Shown piece after piece: positions 1 to 8,704 of a stretch of 50,207 nt of DNA. The DNA lies in the IMG/VR virus record IMGVR_UViG_3300005253_000377, positions 1-50,207 of that record; one strand, 5' to 3'. The notes under the pieces were generated by a model that saw only the letters and a list, made by a program, of their open reading frames with translations, had not been told where the DNA came from and did no database searches. The stretch is from a virus. Its lineage: Duplodnaviria; Caudoviricetes. Within the stretch, counting starts at the first letter, position 1. Each line of letters opens with the position of its first letter. A program made the position numbers and the translations under genes.

Positions 1-1127
1 ATGTTGCAGGGCCTCATCTTCAGTTTACCACAACCTCAGACAATTATCCTTTGATGCAGATACTTAATTGGAGACATGATGACATATCTATCCGTTTTGA
101 TTCATATTGGGATGGGGCAAACAAAAGTTCAGATGCAGGGTCAAATTATGCTATTTTCAAGGTTTCTGATTCATTCAAAATAATGTACGATTCAGGAGTC
201 GCTAAAGGTGGGGCAGTCACTTGGAACGAGGGCATAGTCCTGAATACGAGTGGATTAGTAACGTTTGGTGGGGCAATAAACATCACTACGATAGCAGCCG
301 AAGGTGCTGATGTAGATAAGTTCTTGGTGGATTCTTCTGGTGTAGTTAAATATCGTACAGGAACCCAAGTATTGTCTGATATAGACGGTTCTGCGTCTGG
401 TCACAATCATAGTGGTATCTATGAACCAGCCGATGCAGGGTTGACGAGCCTTGCAGGGCTTACTTATGCAGCAGCAGCTTTTGTCAAGATGACTGGAGCA
501 AATACTTTTGCACTACGGACATTGCAGCAGACATCTGATGACCTCGAAGCGACTATCGACCACGACAATTTACTAAATTTTGCAGGGAATGAGCATTATT
601 TGCAGAGTGCAATCACAGCCGTTGGCACAATAGCAAGTGGTACGTGGCAAGGCACTACTATTGCTATTAATCAAGGTGGTACGGGCCAGACAACTGCACA
701 GGCAGCTATTGATGCCCTTAGTGCAGTATCGGGTGGGACTAATGAACACGTCCTTACAAAAGATACAGCAACGGGTAATGCCAAGTGGAAAGCTGCTGCT
801 GGTGGTGGTGGTAATTCTCAAACTTGTGATATTAATGGAACGCCAACAACAGTTTATACGAAATATTTTACTGGCACTTTAGATGCGGATTCAGAAACTC
901 TCATTGCTCACGGGATTGCTACTGGGATGACAAAAATTATAAGTGTTAATGGCTCGGCATATAATAATTCAGGGGGATATTACGAAGCTGCGGCATCTTG
1001 GCTCGCGGTATTCGCTGGTTCGGGGTCGTTTCTTATAGCATTTGACGATACAAACGTAAGAGTTTTCGGCGTAGGGGCCTCTGTACAGGGATACGGATAC
1101 AAGATTGCGATTGATTACATAGATTAG
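1..1127 (+). CDS. Tail fibre protein, C-terminal part (continues from 49677..50207 across the window ends)
   Basis: Frame is open from nt 3 (VAGPHLQFTTTSDNYPL). Gly/Thr/Ala-rich fibre motifs (GTWQGTTIAINQGGTGQTTA, LTKDTATGNAKW). First 44 nt are homologous to the last 44 nt of the window. Confidence 0.75.
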   Translation, partial: VAGPHLQFTTTSDNYPLMQILNWRHDDISIRFDSYWDGANKSSDAGSNYAIFKVSDSFKIMYDSGVAKGGAVTWNEGIVLNTSGLVTFGGAINITTIAAEGADVDKFLVDSSGVVKYRTGTQVLSDIDGSASGHNHSGIYEPADAGLTSLAGLTYAAAAFVKMTGANTFALRTLQQTSDDLEATIDHDNLLNFAGNEHYLQSAITAVGTIASGTWQGTTIAINQGGTGQTTAQAAIDALSAVSGGTNEHVLTKDTATGNAKWKAAAGGGGNSQTCDINGTPTTVYTKYFTGTLDADSETLIAHGIATGMTKIISVNGSAYNNSGGYYEAAASWLAVFAGSGSFLIAFDDTNVRVFGVGASVQGYGYKIAIDYID

Positions 1128-1145
1128 TTTCAATAGGAGAACAAT

Positions 1146-2027
1146 ATGCCAAAGATATATGAATTACCAGCAAGTTCTACTCCAGAGAATAGATCTTTAG
1201 TAATCGAACATGCACCACGTTTCAGGCAACCACAGCAGCAACAATCGCAAGGATCTGCTGATCCACGACAGATGATGGCTGGTCAGATGGACCAGGAACT
1301 TAATAGTGTGACGCAATGGTTCGATTCACAGGTGTCTGTTCTTGATCAAGGACAACTTGAACCTGATAAATATAAATCAGAATATATGAAATTACAACGG
1401 CAAGCTGCAAGTCAGCGTGTTGCAATTCAAGCTAAACATCAAGCTGCTGCTCAACAGATTAAGAATATGCAAGCATTAGTAGAAGATGGTATGCTCGCTC
1501 CAGAACAGATGCAAGCAACAATGCTGGTGATGGCTGGTGTTGATAGGGCACACGTCAAGGCAATGTTTGCACAACAAAAGCAAGCAAGCCCAAGAGTGCA
1601 GTTAAACAATGCTACGGCACTTATGAAAAAAGAAATAGCGTTCAGAAGTAATTTTGAAGATCATCGAAAAGACATTTTTGGAAAGGGTCTTTTCTATATA
1701 GATCCCGCAACAGGAAGAAAACGAAAAGCATCAGAAGCAGAACGAGATGAGTATAACAATTCAGCATCCCGATTAGGACAATTAGCTGAACGTCGAGCAG
1801 AATTATTCAACATCCTCACGCCATTAGAAAAAATGGCTGAGTCTGGAGCACAGGCCGTAGATAGATATGGTATGGGACGCGAGCCATTATCAACTGCTGG
1901 CTTTGGTGGTTTTGGATCTATGGGTGTAGCTCCACCGAGAAGAAAGCAACCAACACGTGAAGAGTTGATAAAACAAAGAACCAAAAAGGCATACGAGCAG
2001 GGTAGGAAACTGGGGTATTGGAATTAA
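1146..2027 (+). CDS. Putative internal virion/ejection protein
   Basis: 293 aa, Gln/Ala-rich and helical-looking, AGGAG RBS, lies between the fibre gene and a very large ORF as in podovirus ejection modules. Confidence 0.45.
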   Translation: MPKIYELPASSTPENRSLVIEHAPRFRQPQQQQSQGSADPRQMMAGQMDQELNSVTQWFDSQVSVLDQGQLEPDKYKSEYMKLQRQAASQRVAIQAKHQAAAQQIKNMQALVEDGMLAPEQMQATMLVMAGVDRAHVKAMFAQQKQASPRVQLNNATALMKKEIAFRSNFEDHRKDIFGKGLFYIDPATGRKRKASEAERDEYNNSASRLGQLAERRAELFNILTPLEKMAESGAQAVDRYGMGREPLSTAGFGGFGSMGVAPPRRKQPTREELIKQRTKKAYEQGRKLGYWN

Positions 2028-5000
2028 TGGGTTTTGAAACCTGGAAAAAAGACATTGAAAAAGAAGAACTAAGCGGGTTTGAGGCTTGGAAGGCTGACTT
2101 ACCTGAACCGAAGAAAGTTTATGAAGCCCCTACTGAATGGTTACGTACACAAGAAGTAGCAACCATACCTAAGAGCCTTACTACAATAGGGAAGGCTGGT
2201 CAGGCTATTACAGAAGCTGTTGCTGCTCCTGTCAGGACTATTGAATCTATGGTTGCCGGTGGCGTTGGTGGCATGATACGCATGAGTGCTGAAGCAGTAA
2301 CATTAGAGGCCGGGATAGACAGGGCAAACAAATTAATACCGGGTTATGGCACTCTCGTGGAAGGGCTTATGCGTAAGTATGGGTCTAAAAAAGCGTATTC
2401 ATTTTATGATAGGAAACTACAAAAACTTGCAGATGCTGGTAAAAAGATTTCTGATTATTGGGACGAGCAAGCAAACAAAGGTTGGGAAGCTCCTAACCCA
2501 GACATAGTTGAGGCCAAATGGAAAGATAGACCTATTAGTAAAACTGTGAGTGTTGTATCTTCCGGTTTAACATCTATAGGCACAGTTGTTGGGGCCACTT
2601 ATCTTACTGGATCTCCACATGTAGGGCTTGCGTTGTTAGCCAGTTCTGAAACAGGCGGCATGTATACGCGACTCAGGGATAGGGATGTTCCAGTTAATCA
2701 GGCTTCTAAACTCGCTCTGATGGCTGGAGCGTGGACCTATGCTACAGAGAAAGTACCCTTCGATAGACTGATGAAACCCGCTGCTCGTAGTATTGTGGGT
2801 GCTCTTAAACAGGCTGGATGGGAAGGAACACAAGAAGTAGCTGAAACTATAGGCCATAATCTTTTAGAATATTGGGGGTATAACTATAGAAAACCTGAAG
2901 ACATACCAACCGCTGTTAAGGCTATGTACGATCACGCGATGGACGGATGGTTTGATGCTTTGGTTGGTGGTGTTGGTGCTGGTGGAATAGCACATGTAGC
3001 TATGCCGCGTGGTGTCTCCAGACTCGGGACACAGATAACAGCATTAGATGATATAACAAAACAAATAGAACAATCTGATGCTCCACCACAACAGCAAGAG
3101 CAAGCATTACGATATATAGGTGATATAGAGACTAAGATTGAAGAGACGGTAGTGAATATGTTTCCTGATGAGATAAATAGTCAGGAATCGCTTGATAGAG
3201 TTGGTGATCGGATCGCTGCCGAACTTGGAATTGAAGGAATCTCATGGAATTGGGGGACAACAAAGAAAAGTCATATAGCATTTTACAGTCCACAAACAAA
3301 AGCAATTACAATTAATCCAGAGCATCCAATATTTACAAAAGATGTAGGTCAATTTTATACTATGCGTGGAGCGTTTGTTCCTATTAAAAATAAAACTCCT
3401 GGTAAATTAAACCAAGACTATCTTAAACGTGCAATTATACATGAACTTGGGCATAAAGCAGTACCTTCTTATATATCTAAAAACTATCAACAAATTGCTC
3501 ATTATGCCGAGTTCTTCGATTGGGTGAACGGCAATATTAGCAAGATGTTCGAGCAGACTCAACAGAATATGATCCCGCTTCATCGTGATGAGGCTATTGG
3601 CCCTATTACGACACCACCTACTGTAGAAGATATTACTGGTAAGACGACGGATGAAATAGAACACGCTGCTGAAGAAAAGACTGTTGACGTAATGAAACAG
3701 AATGTAGAAAAATATGGACCAAAAAAACTTACATTGATGTTCAATGAGTGGCTAAAATCACCCAAAGGTATCACAGAAAAAACTGAATTAGGCTTGCCAG
3801 AGGGTAATAAGTTTGAAGAAGTTGCTTTGTGGGAAGCGTTTAATAGATCTTTAATTCAACTCCCTGCACCTAAACCAGAGAAGCTAAAAAAGATAAAAAG
3901 AACTAAAAGAAATCTTACGGCGATGGCTCATAAGATAAAACGTGAAGCCGGACTTAGTGACAACGAATATAGTGACTATGCAGAAGCAGTAACTGGCAAG
4001 CGATCCATGAAAAACATGACTAAACAGGAACGAAATGAGTTCGTTGCGTTTCTCGAAGAGGGTTTCGGTTTCGTGCAGGAATTATCAAAAGAAGACTTCG
4101 ATATACCTATTACTGTAGCTGGTAAAGCAACAACTATGCGTCAAGTTTATAATACGGCATTAGTAGCTGTTGAAAAACTGAAAGATAAAAGTAAAATTCC
4201 AGATCTTATAAAAATTGGTGCTGATAGACCCGGCTATCTCCGGGGCTTAAAAAACTTTTTCTTCGGCATTGATAATACGCCTGTTTTTCATCTTGCAAAA
4301 ATACTTGATGGTGGTGTTGAAGGTGGTATATTTTCAGAAGTGCTCGACAAAGGAATTGAATATGGTAGAAAAACTACGGCTGCTCATACAAGATCTGTGA
4401 TGCACGCTGTTATGACGAGATTAGAAGAGTTCGGTATAACTTCTGCTGATTTGGCTAAAATGGGAAAGTCTTTAAATCCAAGATTACAAACTCATCAGAT
4501 GATAAGTGAAGGTGCAGCCACAGAAACGTTTAATGTATCATTAAACGATAAAACCTATGAAATGACTATGGCTAATTTGATTGACGTTTATCTAATGAGT
4601 GAACAAAAAGACGGAATGAGACATCTACTTTCTGGGGGCATGGTGATAAATGGAATCGAGACAGGTAAACTATCAGAAGATCAGATCCTTGAACTAAGAA
4701 CAAGAGTAGATGATAGTGCAAAAGCTATTCAAGTAGTTGCTATAATATCAGAGGTCCAAGAATTAATCTGGAAACCGTCATTAAACCAAACCTCGAATCG
4801 GCTTGAAGGTAAAGATATAGCTACTGTAGAAAATTGGTGGGGTCTTGAAGTTTATATGCCGAAGATCTTAGCAGGTAAAGTTAGAACAGGAAAACTTGGT
4901 CAGTTTAGTACCAATTTTATTGAGAATAAAAGTATCCTTAAAGATAGAACCAGAAGCAGAGCACCGTTGATTGTGCGTGATGTTTTCAGACGGTTTAACG

Positions 5001-6355
5001 CCTTTGAAAGTGCAGTAGCTGAATATGTAGGTATGGCCGAAGCTGCTCGGACATCAAGGACCCTGATTAATGATAATACTATATCTAAGGTGCTTGACCG
5101 TAAGGGATACAGTGAAGTACGCAAACGTATCTTTGATATTCATAAGCGTGCTCAAAGTGTACCAGCACCAGAGGGTAATTTTACTGCCTGGTTTGCACAG
5201 CGTTTACCAGGTTTATATCGAGCGGCCCTATATTTTAATCCAAGAATTATAGCCAGTCAATATACGTCATGTTTTAATTATGGTGCTTATGTTTCGACTG
5301 AATTTATGACTGGGATTAAAGACGGCCTAAGTGTTGAAAACTCTTTAGAAACATTAGAACTTTCAGACATCGCTTGGGACCGTTTCCACATGGGGCACAG
5401 TAGTCTTGAATTAGGAGAAATGTCTCAGTCTGACGCAGCCTTACGGATGTGGACCGGGGGCACAACTTCTGATATAAACAGAGCAGGATGGATGTTAAAA
5501 ATATCTGACCTGGGTGCTCTAACAGCCGGAATGGAAATTGCTAAACAGGAATACCTTGCAGCACAAAAAGATAAATTAGCTGGGGCTTCCGCTGAATGGT
5601 GGCTCGGCAAAGATGTATCTTTTGAAGAGGGCTGGACACAAGACGGAGAAGGAAATAAAAAAGTAAAATCAGAAGGATGGAGAAAAGTGATTTCAGACCG
5701 GGCTGAATATCTGTGGCAGAGAACACAACCATCTTGGGACAAGTGGAACAGGTCAAATCTTACATCTCAGAAGGGTGCAAGACGTTTGTTCTTAATCTTT
5801 CGTTCCTTCCATGAAAAATCACTCACAATACTTAATGATGCTATATTAAGATATGAAAATAGTTCAAAAACATTTGATGATAGAACGCGATTCATTCAAC
5901 AGACTGGTGCTGTTGCAACAAGTTATACCGTTAATATATTTTTACGTCTTGCTATATTAGCACTTATGACCAGAAAACTGGAAACACCCGCTAAATATCT
6001 TGAAGAGTTTATAACATCCTGGGTAAATATGTTTCCCGTGTTTGGTAAGGTTCTTAAATCAGCAGTTAATAGATTTATTGCTAACTTAGCAGACGAGAAA
6101 CCAACATATACTGGCGAACCTATAAAATCATATCCTGTTGATGTAGTCAATATGGTATTAAAAGTTCCAGCAGATATGACAGATGGAATAGCCCATCTTA
6201 TTGATGGTGAGAGCAAAGAAGCTAAAGAATCTTTTGCACGGGGTATTGAGAAGTTAGGTCAGGGTCTTGGGGCATTAACTGGTGTTCCTGTCTACACAAT
6301 AAAGCGAATGCTTCCAGAGGGTCAAGAAGATGAAACGCAGGAGTATAGATTCTAA
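2027..6355 (+). CDS. Large internal virion/ejection (polyvalent-type) protein with an HExxH motif and a GemA-like segment
   Basis: About 1440 aa, TAATG-coupled to the upstream gene, last large gene of the structural arm. Contains AIIHELGH and AHKIKREAGLSDNEYSDYAEAVTGKRSMKNMT. Confidence 0.6.
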   Translation: MGFETWKKDIEKEELSGFEAWKADLPEPKKVYEAPTEWLRTQEVATIPKSLTTIGKAGQAITEAVAAPVRTIESMVAGGVGGMIRMSAEAVTLEAGIDRANKLIPGYGTLVEGLMRKYGSKKAYSFYDRKLQKLADAGKKISDYWDEQANKGWEAPNPDIVEAKWKDRPISKTVSVVSSGLTSIGTVVGATYLTGSPHVGLALLASSETGGMYTRLRDRDVPVNQASKLALMAGAWTYATEKVPFDRLMKPAARSIVGALKQAGWEGTQEVAETIGHNLLEYWGYNYRKPEDIPTAVKAMYDHAMDGWFDALVGGVGAGGIAHVAMPRGVSRLGTQITALDDITKQIEQSDAPPQQQEQALRYIGDIETKIEETVVNMFPDEINSQESLDRVGDRIAAELGIEGISWNWGTTKKSHIAFYSPQTKAITINPEHPIFTKDVGQFYTMRGAFVPIKNKTPGKLNQDYLKRAIIHELGHKAVPSYISKNYQQIAHYAEFFDWVNGNISKMFEQTQQNMIPLHRDEAIGPITTPPTVEDITGKTTDEIEHAAEEKTVDVMKQNVEKYGPKKLTLMFNEWLKSPKGITEKTELGLPEGNKFEEVALWEAFNRSLIQLPAPKPEKLKKIKRTKRNLTAMAHKIKREAGLSDNEYSDYAEAVTGKRSMKNMTKQERNEFVAFLEEGFGFVQELSKEDFDIPITVAGKATTMRQVYNTALVAVEKLKDKSKIPDLIKIGADRPGYLRGLKNFFFGIDNTPVFHLAKILDGGVEGGIFSEVLDKGIEYGRKTTAAHTRSVMHAVMTRLEEFGITSADLAKMGKSLNPRLQTHQMISEGAATETFNVSLNDKTYEMTMANLIDVYLMSEQKDGMRHLLSGGMVINGIETGKLSEDQILELRTRVDDSAKAIQVVAIISEVQELIWKPSLNQTSNRLEGKDIATVENWWGLEVYMPKILAGKVRTGKLGQFSTNFIENKSILKDRTRSRAPLIVRDVFRRFNAFESAVAEYVGMAEAARTSRTLINDNTISKVLDRKGYSEVRKRIFDIHKRAQSVPAPEGNFTAWFAQRLPGLYRAALYFNPRIIASQYTSCFNYGAYVSTEFMTGIKDGLSVENSLETLELSDIAWDRFHMGHSSLELGEMSQSDAALRMWTGGTTSDINRAGWMLKISDLGALTAGMEIAKQEYLAAQKDKLAGASAEWWLGKDVSFEEGWTQDGEGNKKVKSEGWRKVISDRAEYLWQRTQPSWDKWNRSNLTSQKGARRLFLIFRSFHEKSLTILNDAILRYENSSKTFDDRTRFIQQTGAVATSYTVNIFLRLAILALMTRKLETPAKYLEEFITSWVNMFPVFGKVLKSAVNRFIANLADEKPTYTGEPIKSYPVDVVNMVLKVPADMTDGIAHLIDGESKEAKESFARGIEKLGQGLGALTGVPVYTIKRMLPEGQEDETQEYRF

Positions 6356-6504
6356 TGAACGATCACGATCTGTTAATTCAGATGAACGAAAGGCTTGGTA
6401 ATCTCTGCACGCATTTTACTAATCATATACGTCACCATTGGGCGGTCACGATCCCACTACTTGTGATCATCGCTGGTCTGGTTATTGCTTTGCTGGTTAA
6501 GTGA
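6355..6504 (+). CDS. Small single-TM protein (holin/XhlA-like candidate), not in the ORF track
   Basis: MNDHDLLIQMNERLGNLCTHFTNHIRHHWAVTIPLLVIIAGLVIALLVK. TAATG overlap with the upstream stop, C-terminal hydrophobic helix, end of the late operon. Confidence 0.55.
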   Translation: MNDHDLLIQMNERLGNLCTHFTNHIRHHWAVTIPLLVIIAGLVIALLVK

Positions 6505-6639
6505 TTCTTTTTCACAATTATATCTACCACAATTACCACATTGTGTTATCCATTCCTTCATACCACCTGGATATAATGCTCTTACTATCCCGCCGCAATG
6601 TTTACATTCCATATCACTCCCCATTATAAGCAGAATCAC
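6457..6639 (-). CDS. Small zinc-ribbon protein
   Basis: Two CxxC pairs (CKHC, CGNC). True start is probably the internal MECKHC. Confidence 0.5.
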   Translation of the reverse strand: MILLIMGSDMECKHCGGIVRALYPGGMKEWITQCGNCGRYNCEKESLNQQSNNQTSDDHK

Positions 6640-6871
6640 AAAGTAACCGGCCCACGTCTGGCTCTAACTCGTAACATTGTTCCCACCAGATCGCTCCTGT
6701 CGCATCACCATTCTTATTCTCAAACATCTCTTCCAGAATAGTCCCCGGAATAATAGCATACATCCCGCCATTACACCACAGCACCGGCATAGGCCCAAGT
6801 AGCAATGCGTCACGTATGATGTTAATGGTGTGGCCCTTGTGCTCGATTATGTAGTAGCTTTTAGTTTTCAT
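6614..6871 (-). CDS. Hypothetical protein
   Basis: 85 aa ORF tightly packed in the minus-strand operon. Confidence 0.55.
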   Translation of the reverse strand: MKTKSYYIIEHKGHTINIIRDALLLGPMPVLWCNGGMYAIIPGTILEEMFENKNGDATGAIWWEQCYELEPDVGRLLCDSAYNGE

Positions 6872-7043
6872 CGAGTTCCTTTCTGATTATATCTGCTGAG
6901 ACAACAGGAATAGAATAGGCAATAGATGTCTCGTTAGATAATGCCCATCCCAAAGCTGCTTTCCAAACACAATATGCTATTGTTTTATATTTATCATTAT
7001 TTGAACACAGTTGTTCAGACCACCATTTCTCAAATTCTTTCAT
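6861..7043 (-). CDS. Small protein, W-x-AAL paralogue family
   Basis: MKEFEKWW...VWKAAL...IRKELD, ATGA-coupled. Confidence 0.65.
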   Translation of the reverse strand: MKEFEKWWSEQLCSNNDKYKTIAYCVWKAALGWALSNETSIAYSIPVVSADIIRKELDEN

Positions 7044-7210
7044 TCGAGTTCTTCCTGTATTTTATCTTTTATTTTTTCGTGTTCTGTTGAATAGTCAAGC
7101 CAGCCGAACACTTCTTCTAAAGCTGCTCGCCAGCCTTCCTCAGTTCCTGTATACCAACCTATTCCTGCTTTACCCTTTAACCATTTTCTATATGCTTTTA
7201 ATTTTTTCAT
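7040..7210 (-). CDS. Small protein, W-x-AAL paralogue family (56 aa, not in the ORF track)
   Basis: Translated by hand: MKKLKAYRKWLKGKAGIGWYTGTEEGWRAALEEVFGWLDYSTEHEKIKDKIQEELE. ATGA overlaps at both ends. Confidence 0.7.
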   Translation of the reverse strand: MKKLKAYRKWLKGKAGIGWYTGTEEGWRAALEEVFGWLDYSTEHEKIKDKIQEELE

Positions 7211-7419
7211 TCGAGTTCCTCTTTAATCCATTTCACTATATCAGAATTTTCAAAATCCCCGCTATAAATAATATCTAATTGTTTCAACACTTTTTTTAAA
7301 GCTGCTCGCCAGATTTCTTCATCTGCTAACATACCTAAATTTTCTCTTCTCGCAGATTGACAAGTATGTGAAGATCTTGATGCTCTGTGTTTATCCCACC
7401 ACTCACTAAAATTTTTCAT
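7207..7419 (-). CDS. Small protein, W-x-AAL paralogue family
   Basis: MKNFSEWW...EIWRAAL...IKEELE. Confidence 0.65.
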   Translation of the reverse strand: MKNFSEWWDKHRASRSSHTCQSARRENLGMLADEEIWRAALKKVLKQLDIIYSGDFENSDIVKWIKEELE

Positions 7420-7730
7420 CTATCTAACTCCAAAATTAACTCATCAACCGCCCAGTCAGTCGTGTACCACTGACCGTACTTCTTCCTGGCCCGGAGTACA
7501 CAACAACAACCACTGTTAGATACCAGCCCCGTACTGATCCAGGCTCGGATTCGTGTAATTGTTATATCAAGATGATATGTCTTCTTGATGTAACGTTGTG
7601 CATCCCTGAGCCTTAAAGTTTTCTCGATTTTGTCTGTATTGTTCAGGATTATCTCCCTGCATGAATGGATTTGCAGAATTTCCAGAATTATAATGTTGCC
7701 AGGGTGGGTCTTCATCAAGCACCCACACAC
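7416..7730 (-). CDS. Excisionase/MerR-like winged-HTH DNA-binding protein (start uncertain)
   Basis: LRLRDAQRYI...ITRIRAWISTG...LRARKKYGQWYTT pattern. Confidence 0.5.
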   Translation of the reverse strand: MCGCLMKTHPGNIIILEILQIHSCREIILNNTDKIEKTLRLRDAQRYIKKTYHLDITITRIRAWISTGLVSNSGCCCVLRARKKYGQWYTTDWAVDELILELDR

Positions 7731-7956
7731 AATAGCTTACATTAGTAAGAGGACTCAATCTAACGACAACATGCCACACTAAAGTAGTAATAGTGGATCT
7801 CACTATTATCACCCAGCCCGAAAAGTTAGATCCTGGCAAAGTGGAGAACCACCCCAAGAACTCGACCGACCCCTGCCCCACAGCCCGACGTATGGATGCT
7901 GTGGGGGCGTTCTCTTCTAACCAGTTCATCAGTTGTGTTCGTGTGTGTAGGATCAT
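7567..7956 (-). CDS. Hypothetical protein
   Basis: 129 aa, TGATG-coupled to the upstream gene. Confidence 0.55.
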   Translation of the reverse strand: MILHTRTQLMNWLEENAPTASIRRAVGQGSVEFLGWFSTLPGSNFSGWVIIVRSTITTLVWHVVVRLSPLTNVSYCVWVLDEDPPWQHYNSGNSANPFMQGDNPEQYRQNRENFKAQGCTTLHQEDISS

Positions 7957-8432
7957 CAGTCTGCCCTTCTCTTAGCCTTAGCCACGACCTCTTCTACCTC
8001 TGACGGGCTATAGTCACCTTTACGTTTAATCATCCTACCTATAGCAGTACCGCCTGTGAATCCAGCTAAAATCCCCAGCAAACTGAAATCTGTATTCGGG
8101 CCACCAATAACGAGTTCTTGAAGCTCCTGAGCAGCCTTGATCTCAGCCAGAACAGAATCTCTGGCATCGCCGTATGCGTAGTTTTCATCTTCAATCATAC
8201 GCATTAGGTCAACAAGAGATGTGCGATGCTGTATAATCATTTTGTTACGAAGTTTCTTCACATCATATAATGAAGTGACTTCTTTGTAACCATCCAGGGA
8301 ACCAGTTACAAATTCATACGTCTGCTCCGATACTTCACATGGCGTTACTCTGTCCATTACCGATTGGCAACTGATTACTGTCAAACAGATAACGCACGCT
8401 ACCACCAACAATAAATTTTTCTTGTCTTTCAT
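7956..8432 (-). CDS. Predicted lipoprotein with a C-terminal hydrophobic segment
   Basis: Basic N-terminus, hydrophobic stretch, lipobox-like TVISC, later FSLLGILAGFTGGTAIG. Confidence 0.6.
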   Translation of the reverse strand: MKDKKNLLLVVACVICLTVISCQSVMDRVTPCEVSEQTYEFVTGSLDGYKEVTSLYDVKKLRNKMIIQHRTSLVDLMRMIEDENYAYGDARDSVLAEIKAAQELQELVIGGPNTDFSLLGILAGFTGGTAIGRMIKRKGDYSPSEVEEVVAKAKRRAD

Positions 8433-8704
8433 TCAACACCTGCTTTTCTTAATTGAAGTTTAACATAATTTACAAAGCTACGTGCACCATTTTTATTTTC
8501 AAAAAGAACCATTACCTCAAAGGGTATTGGATAATAATCATTATCAATCCATACGTTTATAAATTGTTCTTTTTCATCAAGTACAAGGTGGAAATCTTCA
8601 GTAACAAAATGTACTAAAGTATAATAAAGTAATTCTTTCATTTGCTCTAATGTTATAGCATTTGATGGAAACACCCACCGTTTTAATCGTTTTAACAATC
8701 TCAT
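8429..8704 (-). CDS. Hypothetical protein
   Basis: 91 aa with ATGA overlaps on both sides. Confidence 0.6.
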   Translation of the reverse strand: MRLLKRLKRWVFPSNAITLEQMKELLYYTLVHFVTEDFHLVLDEKEQFINVWIDNDYYPIPFEVMVLFENKNGARSFVNYVKLQLRKAGVE

